Numbered from the whole stretch's first letter, positions 1 to 11,471 are shown. The stretch: DNA of 36,222 bases, filler included, from Rhabdomonas costata (GCA_019059605.1; 33 parts of 33 records of this genome joined end to end with filler, not necessarily neighbours in it), one strand, 5' to 3'. Made by a program: numbers and translations. The notes: a model not told the origin generated them from the sequence alone.

Positions 1-14
1 AGTGGGGTGGGCTC

Positions 15-190
15 ACCGTGAGCGTGCGTGTGTTGGGCGCTGGCTGTTGGCCTGCCTGGGCTGGTCAGTGACCGCAGTCCACTGACTGGCGCACGCACTG
101 TTGCCCAGAGGTGCTCGCGAGAGGTACGCTGGTTACGTGGGGTTCCGACTCACCGCTGTTGGTTTCACATATGTTAAAATCTCCCTTCTA
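15..190 (-). mobile_element. Degenerate copy of dispersed repeat family A
   Basis: Reverse complement (CATATGTGAAACCAACAGCGGTGAG...ACCTCTCGCGAGCACC...CAACAGTGCGTGCGCCAGTCAGT...GGTCACT...AACAGCCAGCGC) aligns by eye with 26561-26770 (+) and 27508-27648 (-). Confidence 0.7.
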
Positions 191-914
191 GGGGTGTGTC
201 TGCCGGTGTGTGTAAGTGGGGGAGGTGGTGGTGGGGGCTGCGTTGATAAGGTTACACGCCTTTCTCTTCATGCACGCATGGCGGGAACACACCCTTCGGT
301 TCTGGCGAGTTGTGCGGTCGCCGGGGCCATCGCAGATCGACTCCAGCACTGGGGTGTAGTGGCGCTCGAGCTGTCCTCGCAGCACTCGCGTCGCCTGACA
401 GGCCCCCCAACAGACTCTCACGCAAGCTCACACGCGGCGCCTTGCCAAGGAGGGAACGCACCCGCAGCAAACCACCATTTGAACCAACGAAAGGTTTCGC
501 AAAACGCTCCAACCGCACATGGGGAGAGACACATCGCCGCCTGAGTTTTTATGTCCAAAGGCATAACTCAAAAGAAGGTAAAGGAAATCGCGGTGCCTCT
601 GCAGCGGGTGGTTGGCCAGGCGGATCAGCAGACTGCTGCGAGCCTGAGCGGGGAGTGAGAGAGAGATAGAGAGAGAAACCGAGGGAATCAGATTAAGGGA
701 ATCTTCCTCGTCACGAAAGTCGAGCTAATGGTGAAGAGCAGCAACCGCCCCAAAGCAGAAAGGGCAGCCACAGATCACTGCGTAATGGCAACTGCGGAGA
801 ACAAATTCCGTCCGAGGAGGGGCACATCACGAGAAGTTAGAATGGATTATGTTTCAAGACGCCATCACCCGCAACCTCTTGAAGTGCCACTGTACTTGCT
901 GCTGCTTCACTGGC

Positions 915-999
915 GGTGTATTGCCAACTCCCTCCCTCATTTTTACCATTGACATCGCCGCTGGGTGGAAAAAATGAGGGAGGGAGTTGGCAACACACC
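915..999. repeat. Contig-terminal fold-back inverted repeat (probable amplification artefact)
   Basis: Arms 915-948 and 966-999 are near-perfect reverse complements ending at the contig edge. Confidence 0.85.
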
Positions 1000-1000
1000 C

Positions 1001-1100
1001 NNNNNNNNNNNNNNNNNNNNNNNNNNNNNNNNNNNNNNNNNNNNTTAATTAATTAANNNNNNNNNNNNNNNNNNNNNNNNNNNNNNNNNNNNNNNNNNNN
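1001..1100. other. Artificial contig spacer, first of 32 (44 N + TTAATTAATTAA + 44 N)
   Basis: Identical 100-nt spacer with six-frame stops starts at 1001, 2101, 3201, 4301, 5401, 6503, 7603, 8703, 9808, 10908, 12008, 13108, 14208, 15308, 16408, 17508, 18608, 19708, 20808, 21908, 23008, 24108, 25208, 26308, 27408, 28509, 29614, 30715, 31817, 32917, 34020 and 35120, separating 33 contigs of 1000-1005 nt. Confidence 0.99.
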
Positions 1101-1905
1101 GGTGGGGGGGTGAATCCCACGATCCCACGCCACTGAGAACGCGGAACTCCCCACTTCTCCGTCCAGAGCCCGGTGTGGGAATGCGACTGAACGGTGGTGC
1201 AGTGCGGTGGTGGAGTTGGAGGGGGCGATGTGGTGGACAGATCGGCGGCCCGTGGGTTTCAACATGTCTGACGTTTCAAGTATAGACGGGTTGTTGTCCA
1301 CATCCCATTGACTTTTCGAACAGTCCTCTGACCTGCAGCCTCTGGCCATGCACATGAATGTGTCGTTCCCCTGTGTTGTTGTCGAGCAGTGCAAATTTTT
1401 GTGTTGGTTCGCCTGTGCTCCCCATTCTCAGCCGGGAAACTGAATAAAACGTTTTTAGTCAGTGACTGTTTGGTGTGATATCATGATGTCTGTCTTACTC
1501 ACTTGTGAGCATCGATTGGACCGAAAACTGAGCCGAGGCGAGCTAGAGATCTAAAGAAACGGAAATGTGTTAATCCAAGGTAGTGTCTAGCGAAAAATGC
1601 CTGACCAGGCAAACAGGCTGAACAGACTGATTGAGCAACAGCTCTCGCTATCTTACTGCATCACCAAAACTCACTGCGAAGAGCGCGAGAGTGTTCTGAG
1701 ACAGTTTGCTGAGTGGTGGGTAGCAAGGCGACCACAAAGTGAACGGCGAACAGCGCAACCCCATTTTCCTATGTTGTTCCTCTGCAGTGGGAGGGGAGAG
1801 GGTGATGATGCGAGAGAGTTGTGGGACTACGTGTGGCGCACTAACAGTCGTAGCTGCATCATAGGTGTCAGCTTTTGTTGGTGCTGGTGCTGGTGTTTTC
1901 CGCAG

Positions 1906-2001
1906 GCACTGGATCGTCTGTACACGAAGAGTGCGGCGCACCGCAAGCAGGTCTTGGAGGTGGCAGAGAAAAGGGTCTACGGCGTCCCTGCCCCGCCCAA
2001 G
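1906..2001 (+). CDS. Internal exon, unknown protein (ALDRLYTKSAAHRKQVLEVAEKRVYGVPAPPK)
   Basis: TTTTCCGCAG acceptor, GT donor at 2002, 96 nt, GC-rich third codon positions; no family recognised. Confidence 0.5.
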
Positions 2002-4493
2002 GTCTTGCCGTCTCTGGGGGGAGGGGGGCTCAGTGGTGGTCCTCGCTTCTGCAGCCCCGACCCGCTCCACTGCTAACATTGGCATACCTCCCCAAAACAA
2101 NNNNNNNNNNNNNNNNNNNNNNNNNNNNNNNNNNNNNNNNNNNNTTAATTAATTAANNNNNNNNNNNNNNNNNNNNNNNNNNNNNNNNNNNNNNNNNNNN
2201 AGTTCTCTGCGTGGGGAATGTGTGAGTGTATGTGTGGGGTGTGAGCGTGGTCTGTTGCCTCACTGGCTGTTGCTAACTGATAATTGGCACTGTTGACCAA
2301 GAGTGCTCCCGATAGGTAGCTTCGGGGCGAGGTGCCGTGTGGGTGTGGGTGTGCGTTTGACTCCATATTGCAAGCACCAAGAAAGTGCGTAAACGTAGCG
2401 GAGAGGAGGTGGAAGGTGGGGGGCGACGGGACCGGACAGGATACTACCTGTGAAATTAGTTTTGGGTTGGATCGGCACTCTGGGGGAGACCACGTGGAAG
2501 CCCTGCACCTCAACCAGGGGAAGTTGCTGTTGGAGAAGAAAGGAAGTTGTTCCGCCATCGGACTGCTGTTATAAATGATCACAAATCGAGAGCACAGCAA
2601 ATAACACGAAGGAATCGATTAAAAACGTCATGTCAAGAATACCTGTTTTGGGAACGGGTCAACCACTTCTTTCCAGCTCGAAAGCCATCACGGCCTAATT
2701 CTGCGTTTCATGAGAATGTCTCACTGCATGTGCATATTGGACACATATAAAAGGTCCCAAAGAAACACTGGCACGCCAGCGCACAAAGTTCCCCTGGTTA
2801 TGTTGCAAGGACCGCTGGGCTAAGATGCTACCACTGCAACCAAAAAAGTTTCCACGAGGGGCTGTGAGAACCACCGCAAGACCTCGTGGCGCGCCCTGGC
2901 CTGCAGGAAGGCCTGCAGGCGGTGCAGAAAGGTCTGCGAAGGAGGGGGGCCAGGGAAGCTATCCAGAAATAACAAAATCGGCCGCAGCGCCGCAGCACCC
3001 CCTGCGGCCAGAGGCAACCCTTCTGCAGCGGGGCCCAGAGTGGGGCTCGGAAGCCCAGGGAATCGCCCGCTTAGATTCAGCTGCGAAACAGATGAAGGCA
3101 TATTGGCCTTAGGAAACACCCCACCTTCGCGCTTGTGGAGTTTTCAAGGATCGGTCTCCTGAGAAATCCGATTTTTTCAGGGCTACGCAGGCCTGGGGTC
3201 NNNNNNNNNNNNNNNNNNNNNNNNNNNNNNNNNNNNNNNNNNNNTTAATTAATTAANNNNNNNNNNNNNNNNNNNNNNNNNNNNNNNNNNNNNNNNNNNN
3301 GGGTGGGGGGGCTTTGTTCTAATTGGAATCGTTTGTCGGGTGGTTCGGAGAATATTCCCTCGCAGTATTGTGTTGTTGGTCGTGTTGCTGTTTTGCTTTC
3401 GGGCCGGTTCGGGGAGAAAACGGAAATTAGCCCAAAGTGAAGATGGAAACGTAGGACTCCAGCCCTCATTCGGGTTCATTCGGGGTTGTTGGCCGTAACC
3501 TTTTGGATTGAAGGGCAAGTGCTTTTTTTTTTGCACCCTTCATTGCCCGCCGTCCGCGAACGGACTGTTTTTTAAGGTCGGTTGACTTTAGGAAGCGCAG
3601 CAATCGCGAATGAAAGGTATCTCTACCGTTTTTTGAGATAGGGATCGGAATGGGGTATTTCCGGCGCTTTGATGCATCAAGCGCCCCGGAAGTACATGAT
3701 GAGCCAGCAAGCTTTATTTGTTTCCATCCTGGTTCCGGCTACCCTCCGATGACCGAAAAACTGTCCACAAAAAGAGCAGGAGCACAAGCACACAAGCACA
3801 AAAGGGCCGAATCTAAGAGAGGGAGGCTTCTAGGAGAGGCGCGCGGGCAGGCGAAGGAAACGGGCGTACGGAGGCGCAGGGAAGGGCAGAAAAAGGGGTG
3901 CCTGGCGGGGTCGAAAAAAAAGGGAGGTGGAGGCCGCAGGTATCGCGCTGAGAGAAAAGGCCAAAGCCCACCAGAGCAACGCACGGGGAGAAAACAAACA
4001 AAAGCCGGAAAGACAAAGCTTTATTTTAAATGCTTATATCGAAATGGGTTATGGCGATCAAATATCCCAAGAAATCCAAAAAGAGCGGACGCATATGTGG
4101 GAAAGCCGCCGGCAAAGAGAAAAAAAGGTCCCGGAAAAAGTGGTGGTCGAGCTGAGAAAGCAGAGGAAGACAACAATGAGAAGGCTCAGCACGCCGGTGC
4201 TGAGGAGATCTGTGTTAGAGGAGATCCGTGCCGGAGGAATCCGGAGAACAAGGCAGCGAAGCTGAGCACAGTTTTGGGCGGTGCGACAGCCGAGCGTTCG
4301 NNNNNNNNNNNNNNNNNNNNNNNNNNNNNNNNNNNNNNNNNNNNTTAATTAATTAANNNNNNNNNNNNNNNNNNNNNNNNNNNNNNNNNNNNNNNNNNNN
4401 GGGGTGTTGGTGACATTCTTTCCCTCCCAGAACTGTTTTGATCTTCTTGCTCGTGAAGGGCGCAGACTGTTTTGGCGGCCTTTTTTCTTTCAG

Positions 4494-4626
4494 AGCGACC
4501 CATGCCTGTTGCACGCAACGGCTGGGGCGTGCTCGGCTTCCGCACTGGCCGGCCTGGGTGAGCTGGGGTGCGGATGGGACTCCGACAGCCTGCGCTGTCT
4601 CAGCACCTTCTTTGGCGCCGAATGCG
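4494..4626 (+). CDS. Cys-rich exon of EGF-like extracellular protein (exon a)
   Basis: TTTTCTTTCAG acceptor, GTACGC donor; SDPCLLHATAGAC...GCGWDSDSLRCLSTFFGAEC; phase-1 end joins in frame to the exon at 4959. Confidence 0.65.
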
Positions 4627-4958
4627 GTACGCCCGCTGCCTTGAGCGAATTCTACGGGGCTGAAATGTAGTCGAGATCGCGGGACATTCCTACCAAGCTT
4701 ACTTAGGCTGCGTTACAAGTACAAGCGTTATTCTGCGTGTTCTTTTTTTTTAACAAATCCCCACTATTGAGCCCTTGCACATTTCTAACCTTCTCGTCAA
4801 GCATTGCGCTTGCACTCTCTGGCTGCTTTTTGTGTCGAGATTCCTTCAATGCTTCTCTTACTTCGCTTCCAGATTTACCTTTCAGGACTCTGCCCCATCT
4901 TCTTTGTCGATTTTTGCTGGGTTTTTTATCCCTGGAGGGCGGACACCGCGCGTTCCAG

Positions 4959-5093
4959 GCTTTGGGCTGGAGTGCGTGTGCCAGGACAACTGGTTTGGCC
5001 CGGACTGCTCCCTGGAGTGCCTCTACACGGTTGCAGGCGATGGGACGAAGGTGTACTGCAGCGGAAACGGGACCTGCAATGACGGATCCTCAG
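4959..5093 (+). CDS. EGF/laminin-EGF-like exon (exon b)
   Basis: TTCCAG acceptor, GTATTT donor, symmetric phase 1-1; CVCQDNWFGPDCSLEC...CSGNGTCNDG matches the EGF-like CxC..W.GxxC / CSGxGxC pattern. Confidence 0.85.
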
Positions 5094-5511
5094 GTATTTT
5101 CCACGCACCCGATGCCCACCCTAATAATTTTTACCCCCTGCCAGTCTTCTGAGTGCAGCACCTTCAAGGTGTGAAAGAAAAAAACTGTCAGCACCCAAGC
5201 CCAAAGAAAAGTAACTATGTTTCACCTGTAAAACGGCAAAAAGGGCTGTAAAGCACGCACAGAAAAGGCCCTTTTATGGCCTCTAGGGCGGCTGTGATAC
5301 AAGCGTTTCGCCCGCTCCGGTGCCAGCATGAAGCACTCGCAGTCGAAAAGTTTGGGGCCACAATCTTCTCAGGAGTGCTACCACACTGGTCACACCACAC
5401 NNNNNNNNNNNNNNNNNNNNNNNNNNNNNNNNNNNNNNNNNNNNTTAATTAATTAANNNNNNNNNNNNNNNNNNNNNNNNNNNNNNNNNNNNNNNNNNNN
5501 TGTTTGTCAAT

Positions 5512-5670
5512 GTGCTGCCATGGGTGCCGGGCCATGTGCTCAGCGAGGAGCCTCCTCAGAGCGTGGTGCAGGCCATGCAATGGTACGAGGAGAGTGTGCG
5601 CCGGAGCAAGGACACTCTCAAGGACACTGCTCATTTGGAAGTCGAGCAGGGCCAGTTCCAGCCAGAGGGG
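5512..5670 (+). CDS. Upstream exon of thioredoxin-domain protein (5' boundary uncertain)
   Basis: Open frame SEEPPQSVVQAMQWYEESVRRSKDTLKD...QPEG ends at a GTGTGC donor (5671), phase 0, compatible with the exon at 6015. Confidence 0.55.
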
Positions 5671-5961
5671 GTGTGCGTGTGTGCATGTTATTTCCAGTTG
5701 ACAGCCAATGCAGCTGCGATGCCCACTAGGTCCATCACTAGGTCCCTGGTGTGGGGAAGACACTAAGCGGAGGGGGGGGGCACCCTCCCTCTTTCTCCCC
5801 CAACACAACCTGATGCCTCTTATCCAGCATCTGTGTTTTGGCATTGGCTTGGCTCTCTTTTGACTCCGATTCCCTTTCTCAAATATACCCCCTTCCAGTG
5901 CATGATGTTCAATGTTCCTATCAATTCCGCGAGGCCGATCCCTACCACCGGACGGACAGAG

Positions 5962-5990
5962 AAGCAAGCAAGCAAGCAAGCAAGCAAGCA
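5962..5990 (+). repeat. (AAGC)7 microsatellite in intron
   Basis: Read directly from the sequence. Confidence 0.95.
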
Positions 5991-6014
5991 CACAAACAAA
6001 CTAACTAACAAAAG

Positions 6015-6362
6015 GGTGAAGCCGATGAGGCGGCATGCTGTGCCCTGCCTTCTGCGCCGTCGCCCACGTGGGCCTCTGGAGGGGTGGCGTCTGCGGTGGT
6101 GGTGAGCCTCTCTGAGGGAACGTTTCCCAAGGCAGTCCTGCAGCGCTGTGGCAGTGATGGGAAGGCTCCGCCTGCAGACGCAATGCAGACTGGTGCTCCT
6201 CCGCACAACCACCACAACCACCAGCATCAGCAGCAGCAGTCGGGAAACGGCGATGGGTCTGACGCCGCAGGGGTGGCCTCCAGCGACGCCGGCGCTGGGT
6301 GCAGGTGCTGTCCTCGCGAGGCCCTAGTGCTGTTCCATGTGCCGTGGTGCGGGTTCTGCAAG
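6015..6362 (+). CDS. Thioredoxin/PDI-like domain exon with WCGFC active site
   Basis: CTAACTAAC branch-like motif and AAG acceptor at 6012-6014; VVSLSEGTFPKAVL...EALVLFHVPWCGFCK matches the thioredoxin-fold start (VxxLxxxxF...LVxFxAPWCxxC); GTACGT donor at 6363. Confidence 0.8.
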
Positions 6363-6637
6363 GTACGTTCATGCCCTCAGTTGCTCTCTTGCGTTACTTT
6401 TTTCCTAACCCATACCTTGGGCATTTAAATCAAACAAGAGAAGTACACAGCGATATGGCTGCATTTTGCCTCTTCTCGTCCCTTCTTGAAGAACCCCAAC
6501 ACNNNNNNNNNNNNNNNNNNNNNNNNNNNNNNNNNNNNNNNNNNNNTTAATTAATTAANNNNNNNNNNNNNNNNNNNNNNNNNNNNNNNNNNNNNNNNNN
6601 NNTGTGGTGGGTGTGGTTGGGTGTTTTGATTTTGCAG

Positions 6638-6867
6638 GACTACCAAAGCAGCACCCACCTATGCCTGCGGTTTTTGGTGGGGCAGTGCGAGGACCCGTGC
6701 AGTTGTGGGCAGGTCCACCCCTCGGGCACCCCGGCGTGGGCCCAGCTGGCGGAGCGGTGGAGAATCACCCACCGCGACCTGGACTACGACGTCCTGAACT
6801 ATCTCTCGAAGCAAAGCCCAGAGCAGAGGGAGGCCGCGCTGATGCAGTTCACTGCGACCAACCTGCA
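6638..6867 (+). CDS. Exon with CCCH zinc finger followed by hnRNP-Q/SYNCRIP acidic-domain-like helices (putative RNA-binding protein)
   Basis: TTTTGCAG acceptor, GTATGG donor; CLRFLVGQCEDPCSCGQVH fits C-x7-C-x5-C-x3-H; DLDYDVLNYLSKQSPEQREAALMQFTATNL resembles the hnRNP Q acidic domain. Confidence 0.7.
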
Positions 6868-7704
6868 GTATGGCCGGCCACATCCATGCATGCACCAGAG
6901 CTCTGATGTTGTGTTTGGGGTTGGTGGGGTCCATGTGCGGTTGGCACTGCACCATTTTTTGGAAGTATTTCGGGCGATGAGGGAAGGCGTTTGCTCCACT
7001 GTCGGGGTCATCTGTCTGTGCAAAATTGCAGTTTTGGTCGGTCCCCTTTCTTTTAGACACTTCCACTGTGAGCATCCCGGTTTTTTTTTCGCGTACGTGC
7101 GTTTTACCGTTTCCGATTTCCATTGCTTGTCCTGGCCTATGCCAACGTCATCTCATGCCAGCGGTCTCAAAGATTTTGGATACCCAAGTCGCACAAGAAA
7201 AGACGGGAATAACGCCGCTCGTTTTTGGAAATGCTCAAAAGGGGGCACCTGACGTGAACGTTTGTGAGCGAATCTCTTATGGTAACCCATGATTCTGCGG
7301 CAGGGCAAAGCCCTCTGAAAGGGAAAACAACGCGGAACGGACTTTCGCAGACTAATTCACAAGAGACTGAAAAGAAGTAAGAAAAGGGGTGTTGTGCAAA
7401 GCCTCGGCATGGGGGTTGTATGTGGTTTGCAGTGCTGTGGACAACCTCTCGGCCTGTCTGTCCTGTATCATCCGCCGCGCTGACCCCACTCTGGCCTCGA
7501 AGAAAGCGGGTAAGGCCTCGCACTATCCCTCTATGATGGGTCGGGCCCCCCACCACAAATAAGGGCTCCTCGGTTCGGCACTGTCGCCCCCCCACCACCA
7601 CANNNNNNNNNNNNNNNNNNNNNNNNNNNNNNNNNNNNNNNNNNNNTTAATTAATTAANNNNNNNNNNNNNNNNNNNNNNNNNNNNNNNNNNNNNNNNNN
7701 NNTG

Positions 7705-7866
7705 TTTCGGGTCTACGCCGCGCTTGGCCGAGCCATGGAGCAGCGCCATGTCTCTGGGGCGCTGGTGGTGGAGTACTACCCAGAATCCATGACGGAGGTG
7801 CGGTACCACGTCCCTGTGGAGCGTGTGCCGGAGTTTAGCGTGCCCGAGGCGCTAGCTATGGACTGA
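7705..7866 (+). CDS. 3'-terminal coding segment, TEX264-like (GyrI-like domain C-terminus)
   Basis: FRVYAALGRAMEQRHVSGALVVEYYPESMTEVRYHVPVERVPEFSVPEALAMD* resembles the TEX264 pattern RVxPAL...LEIY...I.F..P.....F.VPE; absent from the ORF track. Confidence 0.6.
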   Translation, partial: FRVYAALGRAMEQRHVSGALVVEYYPESMTEVRYHVPVERVPEFSVPEALAMD

Positions 7867-8807
7867 CGTGATTAACAGGGGCAGAAGACACACGGTGTTT
7901 CTGTGCTACGACACTCGCTTCCAACTGCTCATCGAAACGTCCAGGCTGCTCCGGCATCGAGGTGGTGCCCGGTTAGCTGTAGCCATTGCAGCACGGCGTG
8001 CCTTTGGTGGCATGGTGACAATGCCTGGGATTTGCTTTTTTTTGTTCTGGAGTGAATTTGAAAAGGATCTCAAGAGAAGGGAGATGCCCCATACGCTTGT
8101 GGGGGTGTCTGGCTGGTTTGGGGAGGAAGCAGAATGATTGTCATTCCTTGTGAAGTCTTTAAAGCGGGAGGGTGATCTGAAACAGAAGGTGAGAATGGTG
8201 GTGAGAATGCAGGTGTCCCGTAGAAAGGATGGTCTTTTCGCGAAGGTTATTCTTCTCGCACGAGATGTCGATGCATGAGAAAAGTCGGCGCACAGCGTCA
8301 CCCCCCCCCCCGGACCCACTTCACACCTTTTCATTATCGAACCCATGTTATGAATATCATTTTTTGCCGATCGAACAGGACTGTGCGATTGTGGCACGAC
8401 AAAACAGTTTACATAAAACATAAGATCGACTAAATTACAGGGGGATACGCACGAGATGTGAATAGGAGGTTTGACAGGGAATGAACCAGAGTGAGTCATC
8501 ATCAAGGATCCGGCTCTAGCGGGACCCGAGCTCCTGCGCCACCACTCATTTCCGCATTCCTCACCCAAAGAGATAAGCATGCCGTGGTGTTCCCTCTTTC
8601 CTTTCATCTTTAGGCTGAAGAAATGGCACGGCACTCCGTGCAGTGGAGGAAGGAATTCGGCTGTGAGAAAATTTTCACCGAGACTTTTGACCACACAAAA
8701 CCNNNNNNNNNNNNNNNNNNNNNNNNNNNNNNNNNNNNNNNNNNNNTTAATTAATTAANNNNNNNNNNNNNNNNNNNNNNNNNNNNNNNNNNNNNNNNNN
8801 NNGGGGG

Positions 8808-8847
<40 letters not shown>

Positions 8848-8848
8848 G
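8808..8848 (+). repeat. (GTT)n microsatellite, about 13 units
   Basis: Read directly from the sequence, at the contig start. Confidence 0.95.
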
Positions 8849-9330
8849 ACTTTCTGCTCTCACCTCATACTTTTGAGGTGAGATGGGCCGTAATGTTGAA
8901 TATCAGTGACTCTGACGGTGGTATGAGCTGCCATTGGGTGTTTGCCACACTTATTTTGGCATAAAAGCATTGAGCGATTTTGGACAGTGGCGTTTGGACA
9001 GTGGCATTGGGTTGCACTGTGGATATGACACGCTGGAGGTCTTTCCCCGTAACCGGAAGACGTCCACCACACCGTGACGTGAAGGGTTTGCTGGTCTAGC
9101 CCTCCCGCCCATTAATGAAAAGCTGACAGTATGGGGAGGACCTTCCTCGCTTGTGCAGAGAAAGATTTTTGCTTTGACTTGGACACCTGCCTGTGTGTGT
9201 GTGTGTGTGTGTCCGGTAAGCGATAGTTACTCCATTGTGTCGTCTGCTCTGCCGCGGTGATAAGCCCCACTGCTTGCACATGGCTGGAAGGAACTGCTGC
9301 TGCTGCGGACTGTCTGGACAACCACTTTGG

Positions 9331-9807
9331 ATGGCGCTGCGGGGTTCCCGCTCTCTTTGCGGACTTGCACGGAGCGGCGCAGCACGGATTATTTTCCGGC
9401 CGTTTGCCTCGAAGCCCCCTCCATACGAACCTCCCTATGCAGGAATGAAGCTGCCCCCTACCATTAACAATGTCCCATTATTCACTCTGTACCGGGACTT
9501 TCTGTGGGGAGCTCTCTTTCGACCTACTTTTGGGTGCCTTCCGGAGGGCAACCGGGGCGGGGTGGTGCCTCACCCAGACCCTGCCAAGCCGCCATCTCCG
9601 CTGAAGAGGTACCCGAATTACGACCCCCGGCAGCCCAAGGGCTACCGCTCGGTTTACCACACCGACGGGCGGATCTTGCCGCCATCTCAGCTCAGGGACT
9701 CCTTTCTGGAAGAGACTGGCAGACTCTCGGAGGAGGAGCTGAAGCTGCGCACAAGTGGGCTGCTGGGCTGGCTGAGGTTTGATGATGATGAGCTACCCCC
9801 CCCCCCC
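9331..9807 (+). CDS. 5' part of unknown protein with mitochondrial-presequence-like N-terminus
   Basis: ATG at 9331; MALRGSRSLCGLARSGAARIIFRPFAS is Arg/Ala/Ser-rich with no acidic residues and an RxF|AS-like cleavage site; frame open to the contig end. Confidence 0.7.
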
Positions 9808-10160
9808 NNNNNNNNNNNNNNNNNNNNNNNNNNNNNNNNNNNNNNNNNNNNTTAATTAATTAANNNNNNNNNNNNNNNNNNNNNNNNNNNNNNNNNNNNN
9901 NNNNNNNATTGTTCTTCCGCTGCGGCATTTGATTGCTTCGGTGGCTCTGTGGTGTCTGGTTTTCCCTACAACTTTCACTGCTCCGTGCACTCCCGGACAA
10001 GTTTTCAGAATGGCGAGGAGAGGTGTTTTTGAGCGCATCGCACTAATGAAGGTGTGTGGGAGAGCGCGGGACACAAACCCCCATAGCATCAACCATTATC
10101 AGCGTGGCTCAAAGCGGCGGTCGTGTGTATGTGTGATTATCTTCGGGCTTGAAATTTCAG

Positions 10161-10451
10161 CTCACCACGTGGATGTTCCCGGGCACTGTGATCTTTTTGG
10201 TGGACGCGGTCTCGGGGTACTTGCTTTCCAGCTCTGCCATTGGGAAGGATTCCCTTCAGCCTCCGGACACCCCTACCGGCGCTTGGACCCAGGTCAACGC
10301 CACCAATGCCAATAACACTGTTGTGCGGACTCTCTCTCAAGCCCTAGGGTGCCCCGCGCAGGGCGGGTGGGGGCGCTTTCTCAACTTCAGCGCGGCCCGT
10401 TCCTTGGGGGAAATATCGGGCTACCTGGTCACCGTGCAGTCCATGCGTCAG
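10161..10451 (+). CDS. Exon encoding Cache-like extracellular sensor region
   Basis: TTTCAG acceptor, GTGGGA donor, 291 nt, phase 0-0; GTVIFLVDAVSGYLLSSS...VNATNANNTVVRTLSQAL...GYLVTVQ resembles dCache-type sensor segments and carries NxS/T sequons. Confidence 0.6.
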
Positions 10452-11471
10452 GTGGGAGTTAGTGTGCTCCTCCATTATCATTCCGCTCCCACAGCGCTCT
10501 CGGCGGTCTTCCTCGTTGCCTGGCAGACACTCACGAACCCCGTGGAGGATTTATGTGCCGTGGCAAAAAGATAAGTTTGCTACATGTTTCTCGCTCCGCT
10601 CATTAGGTAGGGACCGGTTTTGGTAGCTGTCTGTGAGTGGCAATGGGGGGGTATTTTTTTTGCTGGTCCGAATTTTCTGCTTTTTTTTGTGGGGCTTGTT
10701 TTTTTCTTTTGAAAGCTCGTCGCACCCCCGGCCCTTAATCACTGCAAGCTTGGTCAATGCCAAAGACCGGAAAGGGAAAACGCGGGAATCCGCCAAGGCG
10801 GTCTCTAATTCCGCTCGCTAATAGCGGACTCACAAGAAACAAAGAATACGCGAGTGGAAAGGGAAGGGACCGCGGTGGAACTCGAAACTCGAAGATGCGA
10901 ACACAACNNNNNNNNNNNNNNNNNNNNNNNNNNNNNNNNNNNNNNNNNNNNTTAATTAATTAANNNNNNNNNNNNNNNNNNNNNNNNNNNNNNNNNNNNN
11001 NNNNNNNTTGGTGGCGCAATTATTGAGAAGAAGCTTCTGGAGTACGGTACGTGTATTCCCCCGCTCTGAGCTTTCTTCCTTTTTATATGCACTCGCAGAA
11101 ACTGCGGATAGATGGTGGGAGATTAGATAGGAGGGGAGGATTTCAACAGGGGACAACACGCTCTCCTTATGTCCACCAGCATCACATGAAACGCGGGTGT
11201 GCAACGATCGGATCACCTCCTTTTCTCGATACAATGCTGGTACCCCCACTCGTTCCCCCACTCGAACTGGGCGCAGTTCGAATGGGGGAAGATATGGATG
11301 GAGAAGGGACTTCTGTGCACTGAGGTGGAAGACATTTTCCCATTTCTTTCGCCATTCTGCAAAGGCTGATTCCCGCAGTCAATAATGTAACAATCGCATT
11401 TGTTGTGGACAGTTATTGGCCGCTATTTTGGACGTGTATGTGTGCGGAGGGTGGGGTTGGCGTTGGCTCAG

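Noticed and set aside
18..123. Hairpin-forming GT-AG intron plus 15-nt micro-exon on the + strand
   Set aside because: The region is better explained as a minus-strand copy of repeat family A.
915..999. Terminal hairpins as euglenid non-conventional introns, terminators or pre-miRNAs
   Set aside because: They sit at contig ends, one inverts coding sequence, and the tips look primer-derived. No non-conventional intron could be demonstrated without transcripts.
1045..1056. Regularly spaced TTAATTAATTAA repeat suggesting an array
   Set aside because: It is embedded in Ns; a synthetic six-frame stop linker, not CRISPR or a biological repeat.
1480..1535. Possible box C/D snoRNA (ATGATG...CTGA)
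   Set aside because: Short, no terminal stem and no recognisable rRNA guide; the motifs are expected by chance.
2820..2870. CYHCNQKSFH zinc-knuckle-like motif
   Set aside because: Spacing does not fit CX2CX4HX4C, a stop follows, and there is no supporting gag or pol context.
3650..4300. Long Lys/Arg-rich ORFs
   Set aside because: Purine-rich low-complexity sequence, no domain recognised, no clear splice boundaries.
7906..8694. 262-aa minus-strand ORF, the longest in the track
   Set aside because: Lies antisense to the 3' flank of the TEX264-like segment; the translation has no recognisable motif.
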